Below are positions 20,688 to 28,988 of a DNA stretch of 64,000 nt, one piece after another; within the stretch, counting starts at the first letter, position 1, and each line of letters opens with the position of its first letter. Below the pieces are notes generated by a model. That model worked only from the letters and a program-made list of their open reading frames with translations, did no database searches and had not been told where the DNA came from. The position numbers and the translations under genes were made by a program. The DNA is from Candidatus Xenobia bacterium (GTDB taxonomy: Bacteria > Vulcanimicrobiota > Xenobia > Xenobiales > QWHO01): the NCBI GenBank assembly GCA_045863235.1, contig BTUM01000001.1:1-64000 (forward strand), read 5' to 3'.

Positions 20688-21032
20688 ATGAAAGTCAAAA
20701 CTCAGGGCCAGCTGTTCGACCACCGCTGCCAGCTCAAGGATATGAAGCTCTCGGGCTTCGGTCCCAAGGGTCTGCGCTACCATTGCATGGAGTGTGGTGG
20801 GGTTCTGGTCTTGAAGCTCGATCGCAGCCAGTGGGACGAAGCTTTTGGCGAGAAGCCCACCTTCAAGCTCAGCAAGAAGGTTTTGCAGCAGCTCGAGGCG
20901 GCCGGCGCCGAAGCGATCCTGGACGAGACCGAGGTCGAGGACGTCTCGGCCGAGCTCGAGGCGATCCACGTCACCGATACCCACAAATTCGTCTGGACGC
21001 CTTCGGATGACGACGAGGATGAGGAAGACTGA
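20688..21032 (+). CDS. Hypothetical protein, possible Zn site (HxC..CxxC), acidic tail
   Basis: HRC, HCMEC; co-directional in the operon. Confidence 0.7.
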   Translation: MKVKTQGQLFDHRCQLKDMKLSGFGPKGLRYHCMECGGVLVLKLDRSQWDEAFGEKPTFKLSKKVLQQLEAAGAEAILDETEVEDVSAELEAIHVTDTHKFVWTPSDDDEDEED

Positions 21033-22339
21033 CCTCAGATCGAGCTGAGAAGGTCTTTCGAGACCCGGTCCACGGCGACGTTCGTCTGTCGCAGCCTCTG
21101 GTGGAGCTGCTGGACACGCGGGAGGTGCAGCGCCTGCGCGGCGTGCGCCAGCTGGGAACGGCTTACCTGGTCTACCCCGGGGCCGTTCACACCCGATTCG
21201 AGCATAGCCTGGGCACAGCCTGGTTGTGTCGCCGTCTGCTGGCCGCCGTGGAGGAGTTTCAGGGCCCGGTCCTGGCCCCCCATCAGCGCCTGGCTGTCGA
21301 GGCAGCCGCGCTGTTACATGATTTTACCCACATCCCTTTTGGCCATACCCTGGAAGACGAGCGCCGCGTCTTTCCCCGTCACGATACCCCGGAGCGCATT
21401 CGCGCCCAGCTGCCTCGAGGAGAGCTGGGCAAAGCCCTGAAGAAGTTGGACCTGCTCGAGCCAGTCAGGGAGATTCTGGTGGGACAGGCCGAGCCTTTCC
21501 TCTGCGAGCTGGTAAGCGGCACGGTGGGAGCCGATCTGCTCGACTATCTGGCCCGGGACGCCTATTTTTGCGGACTGACCCAGCGTTACGACGAACGGAT
21601 CTTTCGCAGCTTTCGCGTTGATGAGCGCGGCCTTTACCTGGATGCCCAAAAGAGCGGGCTGATCCGCCAGGACGTGCTCAGCGAAGTAGTGCATCTCCTG
21701 CGTTTGCGCTACTTTCTTTCCGAGCGGGTCTACTTTCATCATACCAAGGTGGCCTCCGGAGCCATGATCTGCCGGGCGGTGGAGGCGGCCGTGGGGGAAG
21801 GCCTGACTCTGGAGGAGCTGTCGCGGCTGACCGACGAGCGCCTGCTGGCCCTGCTCGAGACGCGCTACGCCTCCGTGCCCGAAGTGGCCCGGTTGCTGGC
21901 CCACCTGGCTTCCCGCCGTCTCTACAAGCGGGTCTACGTGCTGACGCGGCGGATCGGGGAAGAGCGGGTGAAGTGGTTTGTGGATCAGTATCACTATCTG
22001 GCCTCCGCCCGACGGGCCGCCGAGGAGCACCTGGCGCGCAAGCTGCGGCTGGCTCCGGGCGAGCTGATCGTCTACTGCCCGGCCCTGAAGATGCAGCTCA
22101 AGGAGGCCGAGCTGCGGGTCCAGGTGGGCGAGGGCAGGCCCCGACCGCTGAGCGAGCTCAAGCTCTCCGACATTGAAGTGCTGCGCGAGAAACATCCTGA
22201 CCTTTGGAAGTTCTACGTATTTCTGGCGCCTGATAAGAAGGATCGGGCCAGCCGCGTTGCGGCTGCTTGCGAGGAGCACTTTCAGCAGGCCAACCACCTG
22301 CCGGCCCTGCAGAGCGGGCAGATGTACCTGGGACTCTAG
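21029..22339 (+). CDS. HD-domain phosphohydrolase (SAMHD1/dNTP triphosphohydrolase-like)
   Basis: FRDPVHG (in frame upstream of the ORF-track start), QRLR.VRQLG..YLVYPGA.HTRFEHSLG, LLHD, D.LDYL.RD, VYFH; likely CTG start at 21029. Confidence 0.9.
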   Translation: MTSDRAEKVFRDPVHGDVRLSQPLVELLDTREVQRLRGVRQLGTAYLVYPGAVHTRFEHSLGTAWLCRRLLAAVEEFQGPVLAPHQRLAVEAAALLHDFTHIPFGHTLEDERRVFPRHDTPERIRAQLPRGELGKALKKLDLLEPVREILVGQAEPFLCELVSGTVGADLLDYLARDAYFCGLTQRYDERIFRSFRVDERGLYLDAQKSGLIRQDVLSEVVHLLRLRYFLSERVYFHHTKVASGAMICRAVEAAVGEGLTLEELSRLTDERLLALLETRYASVPEVARLLAHLASRRLYKRVYVLTRRIGEERVKWFVDQYHYLASARRAAEEHLARKLRLAPGELIVYCPALKMQLKEAELRVQVGEGRPRPLSELKLSDIEVLREKHPDLWKFYVFLAPDKKDRASRVAAACEEHFQQANHLPALQSGQMYLGL

Positions 22340-22348
22340 CAGAGTGCA

Positions 22349-22720
22349 TCACTCTGCTAGCTCTTCGAGTCCTCCCGCAAGCAGGCCGAAGAGCTCGTAG
22401 ACGTCTACGCCCGGCCCGATCAGGGCCAGCGGATACATGGTGAAGCCTGTTCCTCGCTTGTGCAGAGCAAACTCTCCGTGCATCTTGACCCACTCGAGCT
22501 CGAAGGTGGTGATGAACGCGTCTCCAAAGACGGCTCCCATGCCGCGCAGGGTCTCCGGGTCGTGGACTCCGTTCTCGAGCAGCGTTTTGAGGATGGTCAG
22601 CTTGTAGCCGATCTGGCCGTAGCGCAGGACATCCTCTTCGCGCATGAAGCGCACCACCCTCGAGCGAAGCTCGTAGAGCTCCTCTTCGTCCTCAGGGGTC
22701 AGCGGCTCGGGCAGGCTCAA
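22349..22720 (-). CDS. Hypothetical protein
   Basis: 123-aa ORF, TTGA overlap with yggX. Confidence 0.65.
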   Translation of the reverse strand: MSLPEPLTPEDEEELYELRSRVVRFMREEDVLRYGQIGYKLTILKTLLENGVHDPETLRGMGAVFGDAFITTFELEWVKMHGEFALHKRGTGFTMYPLALIGPGVDVYELFGLLAGGLEELAE

Positions 22721-22983
22721 GTTTTGGGAACGTAGCCCTCGGGCGGCTTGGCGGTATCGGTGAAAAGGAAGGCCTCGACCTGCTGAAAGAAGATCTCGTC
22801 GGTGTTCTCGTCGATCATATCCAGCCGGTTCTCGTTGATCACCATCAAAAAGTACTCCTCGAACATCTTCCAGGCCTGGGCCGAGACGTTCTCAAAGACC
22901 TTCTCTCCCAGCGGGCCGGGGATGGGCGGGGAGGTTAACCCCGGCAACTCCTCTTTCAGCTTGACGCATTGTACCATCCGCAT
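22717..22983 (-). CDS. yggX: Fe(II)-trafficking / oxidative damage protection protein YggX family
   Basis: RMVQCVKL, PP.PGPLG..V.ENVS..AW, INE.RL, FLF..PEGYVP. Confidence 0.9.
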   Translation of the reverse strand: MRMVQCVKLKEELPGLTSPPIPGPLGEKVFENVSAQAWKMFEEYFLMVINENRLDMIDENTDEIFFQQVEAFLFTDTAKPPEGYVPKT

Positions 22984-23527
22984 TGGCGGCTCGTCCTCCC
23001 GTTGCTCGTGTGATGCCCATCTGACTCAGAAGTCGATTTTGACGCCGTCTTCGACCCAAAAGGCGCGTGGTCCAGTGGTCTTCACCCAGCGGATCGACCA
23101 GTACCGTGAAAAGACCCAGGCGGTTTCCCCCCAGAATGTCCGTGTAGAGCTGGTCGCCCACCATGGCCGTGGAACAGGGCTGCGAGCCCATGCGCGCAAG
23201 GGCCCAGCGAAACGCACGCGGTCCGGGTTTTCGGTCCCAAAAGTGAGCTCCGTAAACGTGCTCGATCCCCAGCAGACGGCCTAAATGGCGCAATCGCGCC
23301 AGTCGTCGCGGACCGAAGATCACGTTGGAGATCAGACAGGCATCCCGCAGGTGGCCCTGGCGGCGGGCTTGTCCGAGGTGCTCCAGCACACCCGGATAGG
23401 GGTTCCAGTCATCTTGTCGGGCCAGGGTGTTGTCCACGTCAAGGCAATAGTAGGCGATGCCGCGCGCAGCCAGCGCTTCGAAGTCGAGCTGACAAAAACT
23501 GGAAACCCAGAGACGGGGCTCGAGCAT
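22892..23527 (-). CDS. YqeG family HAD subfamily IIIA phosphatase
   Basis: DVDNTL, ISN, KP, MVGDQLYTDILGGNRLGLFTVLV; the 3' end overlaps yggX by 92 nt. Confidence 0.88.
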   Translation of the reverse strand: MLEPRLWVSSFCQLDFEALAARGIAYYCLDVDNTLARQDDWNPYPGVLEHLGQARRQGHLRDACLISNVIFGPRRLARLRHLGRLLGIEHVYGAHFWDRKPGPRAFRWALARMGSQPCSTAMVGDQLYTDILGGNRLGLFTVLVDPLGEDHWTTRLLGRRRRQNRLLSQMGITRATGGRAANADGTMRQAERGVAGVNLPAHPRPAGREGL

Positions 23528-23572
23528 GCTCTTGGCGCTTCACGTCCCTCGGCCAACCTCCTCCCCATGCAG

Positions 23573-23600
23573 AAAGGGTCCGCCAGCAGGCAGACCCTTT
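23573..23600 (-). terminator. Hairpin terminator after the 279-aa low-complexity gene
   Basis: AAAGGGTC-N12-GACCCTTT. Confidence 0.5.
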
Positions 23601-23625
23601 CCTTGGTAGCCAGGGGCAGTCGGGT

Positions 23626-24465
23626 TTAAACGCCCAGGCCGCCAAACTGCTGAGGAGGCTGGGCTCCCCCCAACGGCTGGGCCCCGAAAGGCTGCTGCTG
23701 TTGAGCTCCACCCGCCTGCTGGATGCCGAGCTCCTGCAACACCATCTGCTCGATCTCCGGGCGCAACTGGGCCTGGCTCTGCTTGGCCTGGGTGTAATCC
23801 TGCATCAGCTTGGCCTTGGCTCCACCCGGAACGCCCTGGCCCTGGCCTGGCTTTCCGCCGGCCAGCGGATTGGGAGCGCCCTTGCCGCCCAGTCCGGGAA
23901 CCTGCTGGGCGCCGCCCTTGGGCTGCCCACCGCCAGGCGGCTGGCCCTGACCCTGCTGGGGATTGCCGAGATTCTGGGCCATTCCGCCCAGTTTCTCAGC
24001 TTTCACCTGCATCAAGTCCTGGGTCAGGATATCGTTCCAATCGCCCTGGCCTTTCTGGCCATCCTGGGGACCGCCTGCTTCCTTGCCGCCGCCGCAGCAA
24101 CCGCCGGAGGGCTGCTCGCCTTCCTTGGGCTTCTGCTCTTCGCCCGGCTTCTTCTTGCCCATCTCTTCGAGCAGCTTCTTGAGGTCTTCCACCTCGCCGC
24201 GCATCTTATCGATCTCGCCGCTCTTGTCGCCTTCGCCCGGCTTTTCCTCGCCTGGCTTCTTGCCCTTGTCTGCCTTGTCGCCGGGCTCGGTCTTCTTGCC
24301 CTCTCCGGGCTTGGAAACGTCGACCTTGTCGGTTTCGTTGATGCCCTTGCTCTTGTTGGTCTCAGTGGACTTGGGCGTTTCCGGCTTCTTGGGGGCCGGG
24401 GTGGTGGATTTGGATTTGGAGGGGGCACTGGTGGTGGTCTTCGGCTTGACGGTGTTGGAACTCAT
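23626..24465 (-). CDS. Hypothetical low-complexity Lys/Gly/Gln/Pro-rich protein
   Basis: 279 aa, SD GGAGG before ATG, own terminator; contains GGCCGGG. Confidence 0.75.
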   Translation of the reverse strand: MSSNTVKPKTTTSAPSKSKSTTPAPKKPETPKSTETNKSKGINETDKVDVSKPGEGKKTEPGDKADKGKKPGEEKPGEGDKSGEIDKMRGEVEDLKKLLEEMGKKKPGEEQKPKEGEQPSGGCCGGGKEAGGPQDGQKGQGDWNDILTQDLMQVKAEKLGGMAQNLGNPQQGQGQPPGGGQPKGGAQQVPGLGGKGAPNPLAGGKPGQGQGVPGGAKAKLMQDYTQAKQSQAQLRPEIEQMVLQELGIQQAGGAQQQQPFGAQPLGGAQPPQQFGGLGV

Positions 24466-24603
24466 GACTGGAGCCTCCAGATGATCAATGTCTTACTCAA
24501 GACCTTAGCACCAGGTTTGGTGTTTGACCGTTCGGAGTTGTTAAGATTTTGTGACTCTGGTGAACGGTTGATGAACACTGTTAAGCTTTGCTCTTGCGCG
24601 AGT

Positions 24604-26097
24604 TCATCCGAAAGGATGGGGCAGCATCGGGCTCTCCCCGTGGGGCCATTCATCGTGACATGGCGGTGGGTAAAGCAACTGCGGAGCGACGACTCGCACC
24701 ACCCGTAGTCCGATGGCGGCCACGTCCGGAGGTGTCAGCTCGCGCCAATAGAACGAGCAGCTGGGCTGCGGGGCAGGGGCTCTCAGGGAGGGCAGGCGCA
24801 ACCGTTCGGGGTTGTGCCAGTAATAGGCCAGGTGCTCGTGGTAGCTCCGGGGCATTTCACCGGGCGGAGAGAGGCTAAAGCGCTGAAGCCAGGCCAGGTT
24901 ATGCAGGGCCTCGCAGCGCGCCCGTTTCAATGCCCGAGGGCCGGCGGCCGAGCCGAAAGCCGGCCGTCCCTGTTGGTCGCGCACCAGGGCCACCACCGTC
25001 TCGTGGATCGCCCACAATTCGGGTCCGAGCGCCTGGGCTTCGCCGCGGAGCCAGAATCGGGCCACGGCATCGCGCTCGCGCAGTTCCAGAATGGCGCGGC
25101 GCAGGGCTCGCTTGAGGCTGGTACCGGCCGCCAGGCCGTGCGAGAGGCAGGGGTAGAGCCGGGGTGCAGGGGGACAAGGAGTGAGGAGCACGCGAGCCAG
25201 GGGAGCCAGGACTCGCTGGCGGGTGCCTATCTCCCGCACCGTCAGGGCCAGCTGGGGCTCGGATATGGGCCGGGGGTATCCGAACCCGGGCCTGTCCAAC
25301 TGCTCGCTCGAAAAGGGGGAGCTCCAAAGCTCATGATCTTGGGCCAGAGCCAGCTCGACGTCAGGGGGCAAGTAAGCGGCCGAGTAGCGCTCCAGGGCTT
25401 CCGCCAGGGCGCAGCGACGTGCCTGGCGGGGCTCGCTCGCGCATCCGGACCCGGCCGCAAAGGGCAGAAGACCGGTTAGAGCTCCCGGGTGGAGGTGGGC
25501 CACATAGACGGGGGGCCGGCTCCCTCCCCAGCGCCGCACGGATTTGATGATGGCCAGGCGATGCCCCAGCCAGCTGCGCCTGGGCGGAGACTTCACCGGT
25601 TGGCAACGTTGACAACCGGGCACAGGGAGAAAAGCCAGGCTGCGGTGGCGCCCGCCTTCGTGAAGCTGGATCTCCCCAGGGCGGCTCACAGCCGCCGCGG
25701 CCAGTTGCTTGAGGCTCTCCTCGGCCAGCGGCTCGAAGGCCAGGGGCAGGTGGGACCAGACCTGGAGATGCCCCAGACCCTGTCGCCACCGCCCCAACAG
25801 GCATTCCAGGCAGGGATCGTGCTCGCGAGGTTGATAGAACCAGGCCTGGCGAGCATCCCCCACCCAGCCGACCAGCCCCTGGCCTCGGGCCAGGGTCTCC
25901 AGATCCACCTGCTCGCACAGCGTGCCCCGCTCCGCCAGCTCCCGCAACCAGGGCAGACGGTCAGGGGCCGCCAGCCAGCCTCCCGACCACTCTTCGATGC
26001 GGGGGCCCCGGATCGGATGGGTCAGGAGGTAGCCCTGCTCGAGCAGCAACTCCACGAGGGGATGGCCCGGTTTCAGCTCCAAAAGAGAACCGAGCAC
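24604..26097 (-). CDS. YcaO-family protein with TOMM cyclodehydratase-like (CxxC) N-terminal region
   Basis: PCLECL and PVPGCQRC; ALAEALERYS, SHGLAAG..AILELRERDA YcaO motifs; GLRVVRVVAP; C-terminal PMLPHPFG; frame open to CTG at 26205. Confidence 0.88.
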   Translation of the reverse strand: MLGSLLELKPGHPLVELLLEQGYLLTHPIRGPRIEEWSGGWLAAPDRLPWLRELAERGTLCEQVDLETLARGQGLVGWVGDARQAWFYQPREHDPCLECLLGRWRQGLGHLQVWSHLPLAFEPLAEESLKQLAAAAVSRPGEIQLHEGGRHRSLAFLPVPGCQRCQPVKSPPRRSWLGHRLAIIKSVRRWGGSRPPVYVAHLHPGALTGLLPFAAGSGCASEPRQARRCALAEALERYSAAYLPPDVELALAQDHELWSSPFSSEQLDRPGFGYPRPISEPQLALTVREIGTRQRVLAPLARVLLTPCPPAPRLYPCLSHGLAAGTSLKRALRRAILELRERDAVARFWLRGEAQALGPELWAIHETVVALVRDQQGRPAFGSAAGPRALKRARCEALHNLAWLQRFSLSPPGEMPRSYHEHLAYYWHNPERLRLPSLRAPAPQPSCSFYWRELTPPDVAAIGLRVVRVVAPQLLYPPPCHDEWPHGESPMLPHPFG

Positions 26098-26201
26098 CTT
26101 GTGGATGCTCGGTGCATGGCTGACGGCCTCGAAGCCAAGGCCGTCAGTCCAGAGAATCCGCTCACCGCTGAGCGGAATGATGTGCCGGAAAGGGTGACGG
26201 G

Positions 26202-26573
26202 TCAGGCTTTGACCGCGCTCTCCAGGCCCTTGCGGGCCATGTCCGCGAAGCGGGCAAAGGCCTGCTGATCCTGCACGGCCAGCTCAGCGAGGATCTTGCG
26301 GTTGACGGCCACGCCGGCCTGCTTCAACCCGTTCATCATTCGACTGTAGGACAGGCCGTTTGAGCGCGCAGCCGCATTGATACGCGCGATCCACAGCTTA
26401 CGGAAGTCGCGCTTCTTGGTCCGGCGGTCCCGATAGGCGTAGGACATAGCGTGCAGGATGGCTTCCTGAGCGCAACTGATGCGGCGGCTGCGGGCTCCCC
26501 GCATCCCTTTGACCGCCTTCATCAGGGTGCGACGCTTTTTGAGGGAGTTGACCCCTCGCTTGACTCTGGGCAT
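26202..26573 (-). CDS. rplT: 50S ribosomal protein L20
   Basis: MPRVKRG, YAYRDRR.KKRDFRKLWIARINAAAR, NRKILAELAV. Confidence 0.99.
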   Translation of the reverse strand: MPRVKRGVNSLKKRRTLMKAVKGMRGARSRRISCAQEAILHAMSYAYRDRRTKKRDFRKLWIARINAAARSNGLSYSRMMNGLKQAGVAVNRKILAELAVQDQQAFARFADMARKGLESAVKA

Positions 26574-26594
26574 GGTGACTCTCCTGTTCTCGAA

Positions 26595-26801
26595 CTAGAA
26601 GGCGTAAGGGACCTGGACCATCAGACGCTTGACGTCCGAAGGGCTGGCCAGGGTGGTTTTGCGGAACTTGCGGGTCCGCTTGGGCGATTTCTTCTCACGG
26701 ATGTGGTGACACCCTGAGAACTCGCGCATACGTTTGATTTTTCCGCTGCCAGTCACGCGGATGCGCTTGGCGACCGACTTGCGGGTACGGATTTTGGGCA
26801 T
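26595..26801 (-). CDS. rpmI: 50S ribosomal protein L35
   Basis: MPKIRTRKSVAKRIRVTGSGKIKR; SD AAAGGAG. Confidence 0.97.
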   Translation of the reverse strand: MPKIRTRKSVAKRIRVTGSGKIKRMREFSGCHHIREKKSPKRTRKFRKTTLASPSDVKRLMVQVPYAF

Positions 26802-26858
26802 AGCGACTCCTTTCCTCAATCGGGACTTGAACTGTTCAGGGAGGGGGGAGGGTGTCCG

Positions 26859-27374
26859 TCAGTTGTCCGTCTTGGGAGCCAGGATCATCGTCATGTTACG
26901 GCCTTCCAGAGTTGGCTTCTTCTCGATCACGGCCAGTTCGATCGCGTCGTTGAAGACCTTTTCCAGAAGCTTGAGCGCGATGTGAGCGTGAACCACCTCG
27001 CGACCGCGAAACATCATTGTGACCTTGACCTTGTCGCCTTCTTCCAGGAGGCGCTGCACCATTCTGCTCTTGACCATGTAATCATGTTCGTCGATCTTGG
27101 GGCGCAGCTTGACCTCGCGCAGCTCGGCGCCTTTGCGCTTGGCCTTGGACTCTCGACCCTTCTTGGCGTTCTCATACTTCCAGCGACCATAGTCGAGAAA
27201 GCGGCACACCGGTGGGTTCGAGTGGGGAGAAACCTCCACCAGGTCAAGTTCCTTTTCCTTGGCTATCCGCATCGCCTCACGGGGAGACATGATGCCGAGC
27301 TGGTTGCCCGCCTCGTCGATGAGTCGGACCTCTCGGGCGCGGATCTGTTCGTTGACCCTCAGTTCTTTGGTAAT
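26859..27374 (-). CDS. infC: Translation initiation factor IF-3, ATT start
   Basis: In-frame upstream extension ATT-TKELRVNEQIRAREVRLIDEAGNQLGIM; SD GAGGTG; LDLVEVSP..PPVCR..DYG, KIDEHD, GDKVKV..FRGRE. Confidence 0.97.
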   Translation of the reverse strand: MTKELRVNEQIRAREVRLIDEAGNQLGIMSPREAMRIAKEKELDLVEVSPHSNPPVCRFLDYGRWKYENAKKGRESKAKRKGAELREVKLRPKIDEHDYMVKSRMVQRLLEEGDKVKVTMMFRGREVVHAHIALKLLEKVFNDAIELAVIEKKPTLEGRNMTMILAPKTDN

Positions 27375-27397
27375 ACGATCACCTCAGCCCTTTCCAA

Positions 27398-27530
27398 AAT
27401 GAAAAGCGAGCGGCTGCAAAAGTCCGCTCGCACCAAATCACCGACCACCGGCTGAGCCGTCGTCGGGTCAGGGCCTTAAACCTCTGTCGCTCGGTCGCTT
27501 CAGGGTGAGAAGAGCGGTGTCTCCTGCTTG
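27398..27530 (-). promoter_or_regulatory. L20-leader-like attenuator upstream of infC
   Basis: AAGCAGGAG..CTTCTCACC motif and terminator GCGAGCGG-N10-CCGCTCGC-TTTTCATTTT ahead of infC-rpmI-rplT. Confidence 0.7.
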
Positions 27531-27624
27531 GCTGGCCAATGATTCTGTTTTCGAAGTCAGCTGGCTTTGGACACGGCTCCTTGATGAAGCCTCTAACAGC
27601 ATCCTGCCTGCAAAATTCGTCCAA

Positions 27625-27653
27625 AGTATAGCGTACCCCCCGAGGTACGTCAA
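27625..27653 (-). promoter_or_regulatory. sigma70 promoter of the infC operon
   Basis: TTGACG-N17-TATACT. Confidence 0.8.
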
Positions 27654-27704
27654 TCAAGCTGCAGGAGCGTTGCCGCAGGGCTCAAACCCTCCACACAATC
27701 AGGC

Positions 27705-28988
27705 ATGAGCAGCAACGAGTCGCAGGTTCCCTTTGCCACCCTGGCTTCGGATGTCGTTCGGGCTGTGTTGCCTAACGGAGTTCGGCTCCTGGTCAAGGAG
27801 GTCTACCCCACTCGGGTGGTAAGCGTTGGCCTCTGGGTCGGGGTCGGGTCAGTAGACGACCCCGTCGAACAGCTTGGGATCTCTCACTTCGTGGAGCACC
27901 TGCTCTTCAAATCCTCCGGTGATCAAGGCGAGGGCGCCCTGGCTCGCTCTCTGCACGAGCTCGGGGGTTACCTCAACGGTTTCACGACCCACGAGTGCAC
28001 TTGCTACTGGGCCGTCTTACCCAGCCGGCACTTTCAGGCCGGACTCACCCTGCTGGCCCGGGCCATCGGTTCGCCTCGTTTCCTGGAGGCGGAGTGCCGG
28101 CGCGAGGAAGAAGTCATTCGCCAGGAGCTGCGGATGTATCAGGACCGCCCCGACGCGTTCTGTTTCGAGAATTTGCTGGCGCTTGCTTTTCCCGACCATC
28201 CGTACGGTCGTCCCGTGCTTGGCCGCGAAAGCACCCTGCAGGGGCTCAGCCCCGAGCGTCTCCGAGATCACTACGAGCGACACTATGGAGCCTCCAACCT
28301 GGCCGTGGTGATTGTCGGCGAGGTCGAGTCCGAGCTGGTCATCGAGTCGGTCGGCCGCGTCATGGGCAACTGGGCTGCCGGCCCGGCTACCCCCAGACGC
28401 TCACGAGCCCGTCGCGGCGGGACGGGCTTTCGGGCTCTTGATCTGGAGGGTCCAATCAATACCGGACATCTCCAGCTCGGCTTCTCGATACCCGGGTTGG
28501 CCGACCCGGACGTGTATGCCTGCGATCTGTTGTCTTCGGTGCTGGGACGCGGGCGCGCTTCCAGGTTGGGGCGGTCGCTGCGCGAGCGCCGGGGCCTGGT
28601 CAGCCAGGTCAAGGCCGGCACGATGATTGAGCGGGACCCGGGTTTGCTGGTGGTCGAGGCGGTCCTGGCAGCAGAACGATTCGAGGAAGTCGAGGAGGCC
28701 CTTTGGGGAGAGCTGGAGCTGTTGGCCCAGGCGGGGGTGAGCGAGCGCGAGCTGGTTCGGGCCAAGAATCAAGCCGAGGCCAGTTTTGTGATGGCTCAGG
28801 AAACCGTCGAGGGTCAGGGTCGCAAGCTGGGATACTACGAAATGATGGGCGACTTCAGCCTGGCCGATCAGTATGTGGCCCACCTGGCAGAGGTCGACCA
28901 GGAGGCTTTGCTGACGGCTTCTCGTCGCTATCTGACTCGAGAGAACGTCTGCCTGGTGCGTTACCGGCCGGCCGGTAGCTCACCGTGA
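27705..28988 (+). CDS. M16 family (pitrilysin) zinc peptidase, catalytic subunit
   Basis: LPNG, GS.DD..GISHFVEHLLFK (HXXEH), NGFT, HPYGRPVLG. Confidence 0.93.
   Translation: MSSNESQVPFATLASDVVRAVLPNGVRLLVKEVYPTRVVSVGLWVGVGSVDDPVEQLGISHFVEHLLFKSSGDQGEGALARSLHELGGYLNGFTTHECTCYWAVLPSRHFQAGLTLLARAIGSPRFLEAECRREEEVIRQELRMYQDRPDAFCFENLLALAFPDHPYGRPVLGRESTLQGLSPERLRDHYERHYGASNLAVVIVGEVESELVIESVGRVMGNWAAGPATPRRSRARRGGTGFRALDLEGPINTGHLQLGFSIPGLADPDVYACDLLSSVLGRGRASRLGRSLRERRGLVSQVKAGTMIERDPGLLVVEAVLAAERFEEVEEALWGELELLAQAGVSERELVRAKNQAEASFVMAQETVEGQGRKLGYYEMMGDFSLADQYVAHLAEVDQEALLTASRRYLTRENVCLVRYRPAGSSP

Noticed and set aside
26859..27374. ATT start codon of infC as a novelty
   Set aside because: Well-established autoregulatory feature of infC
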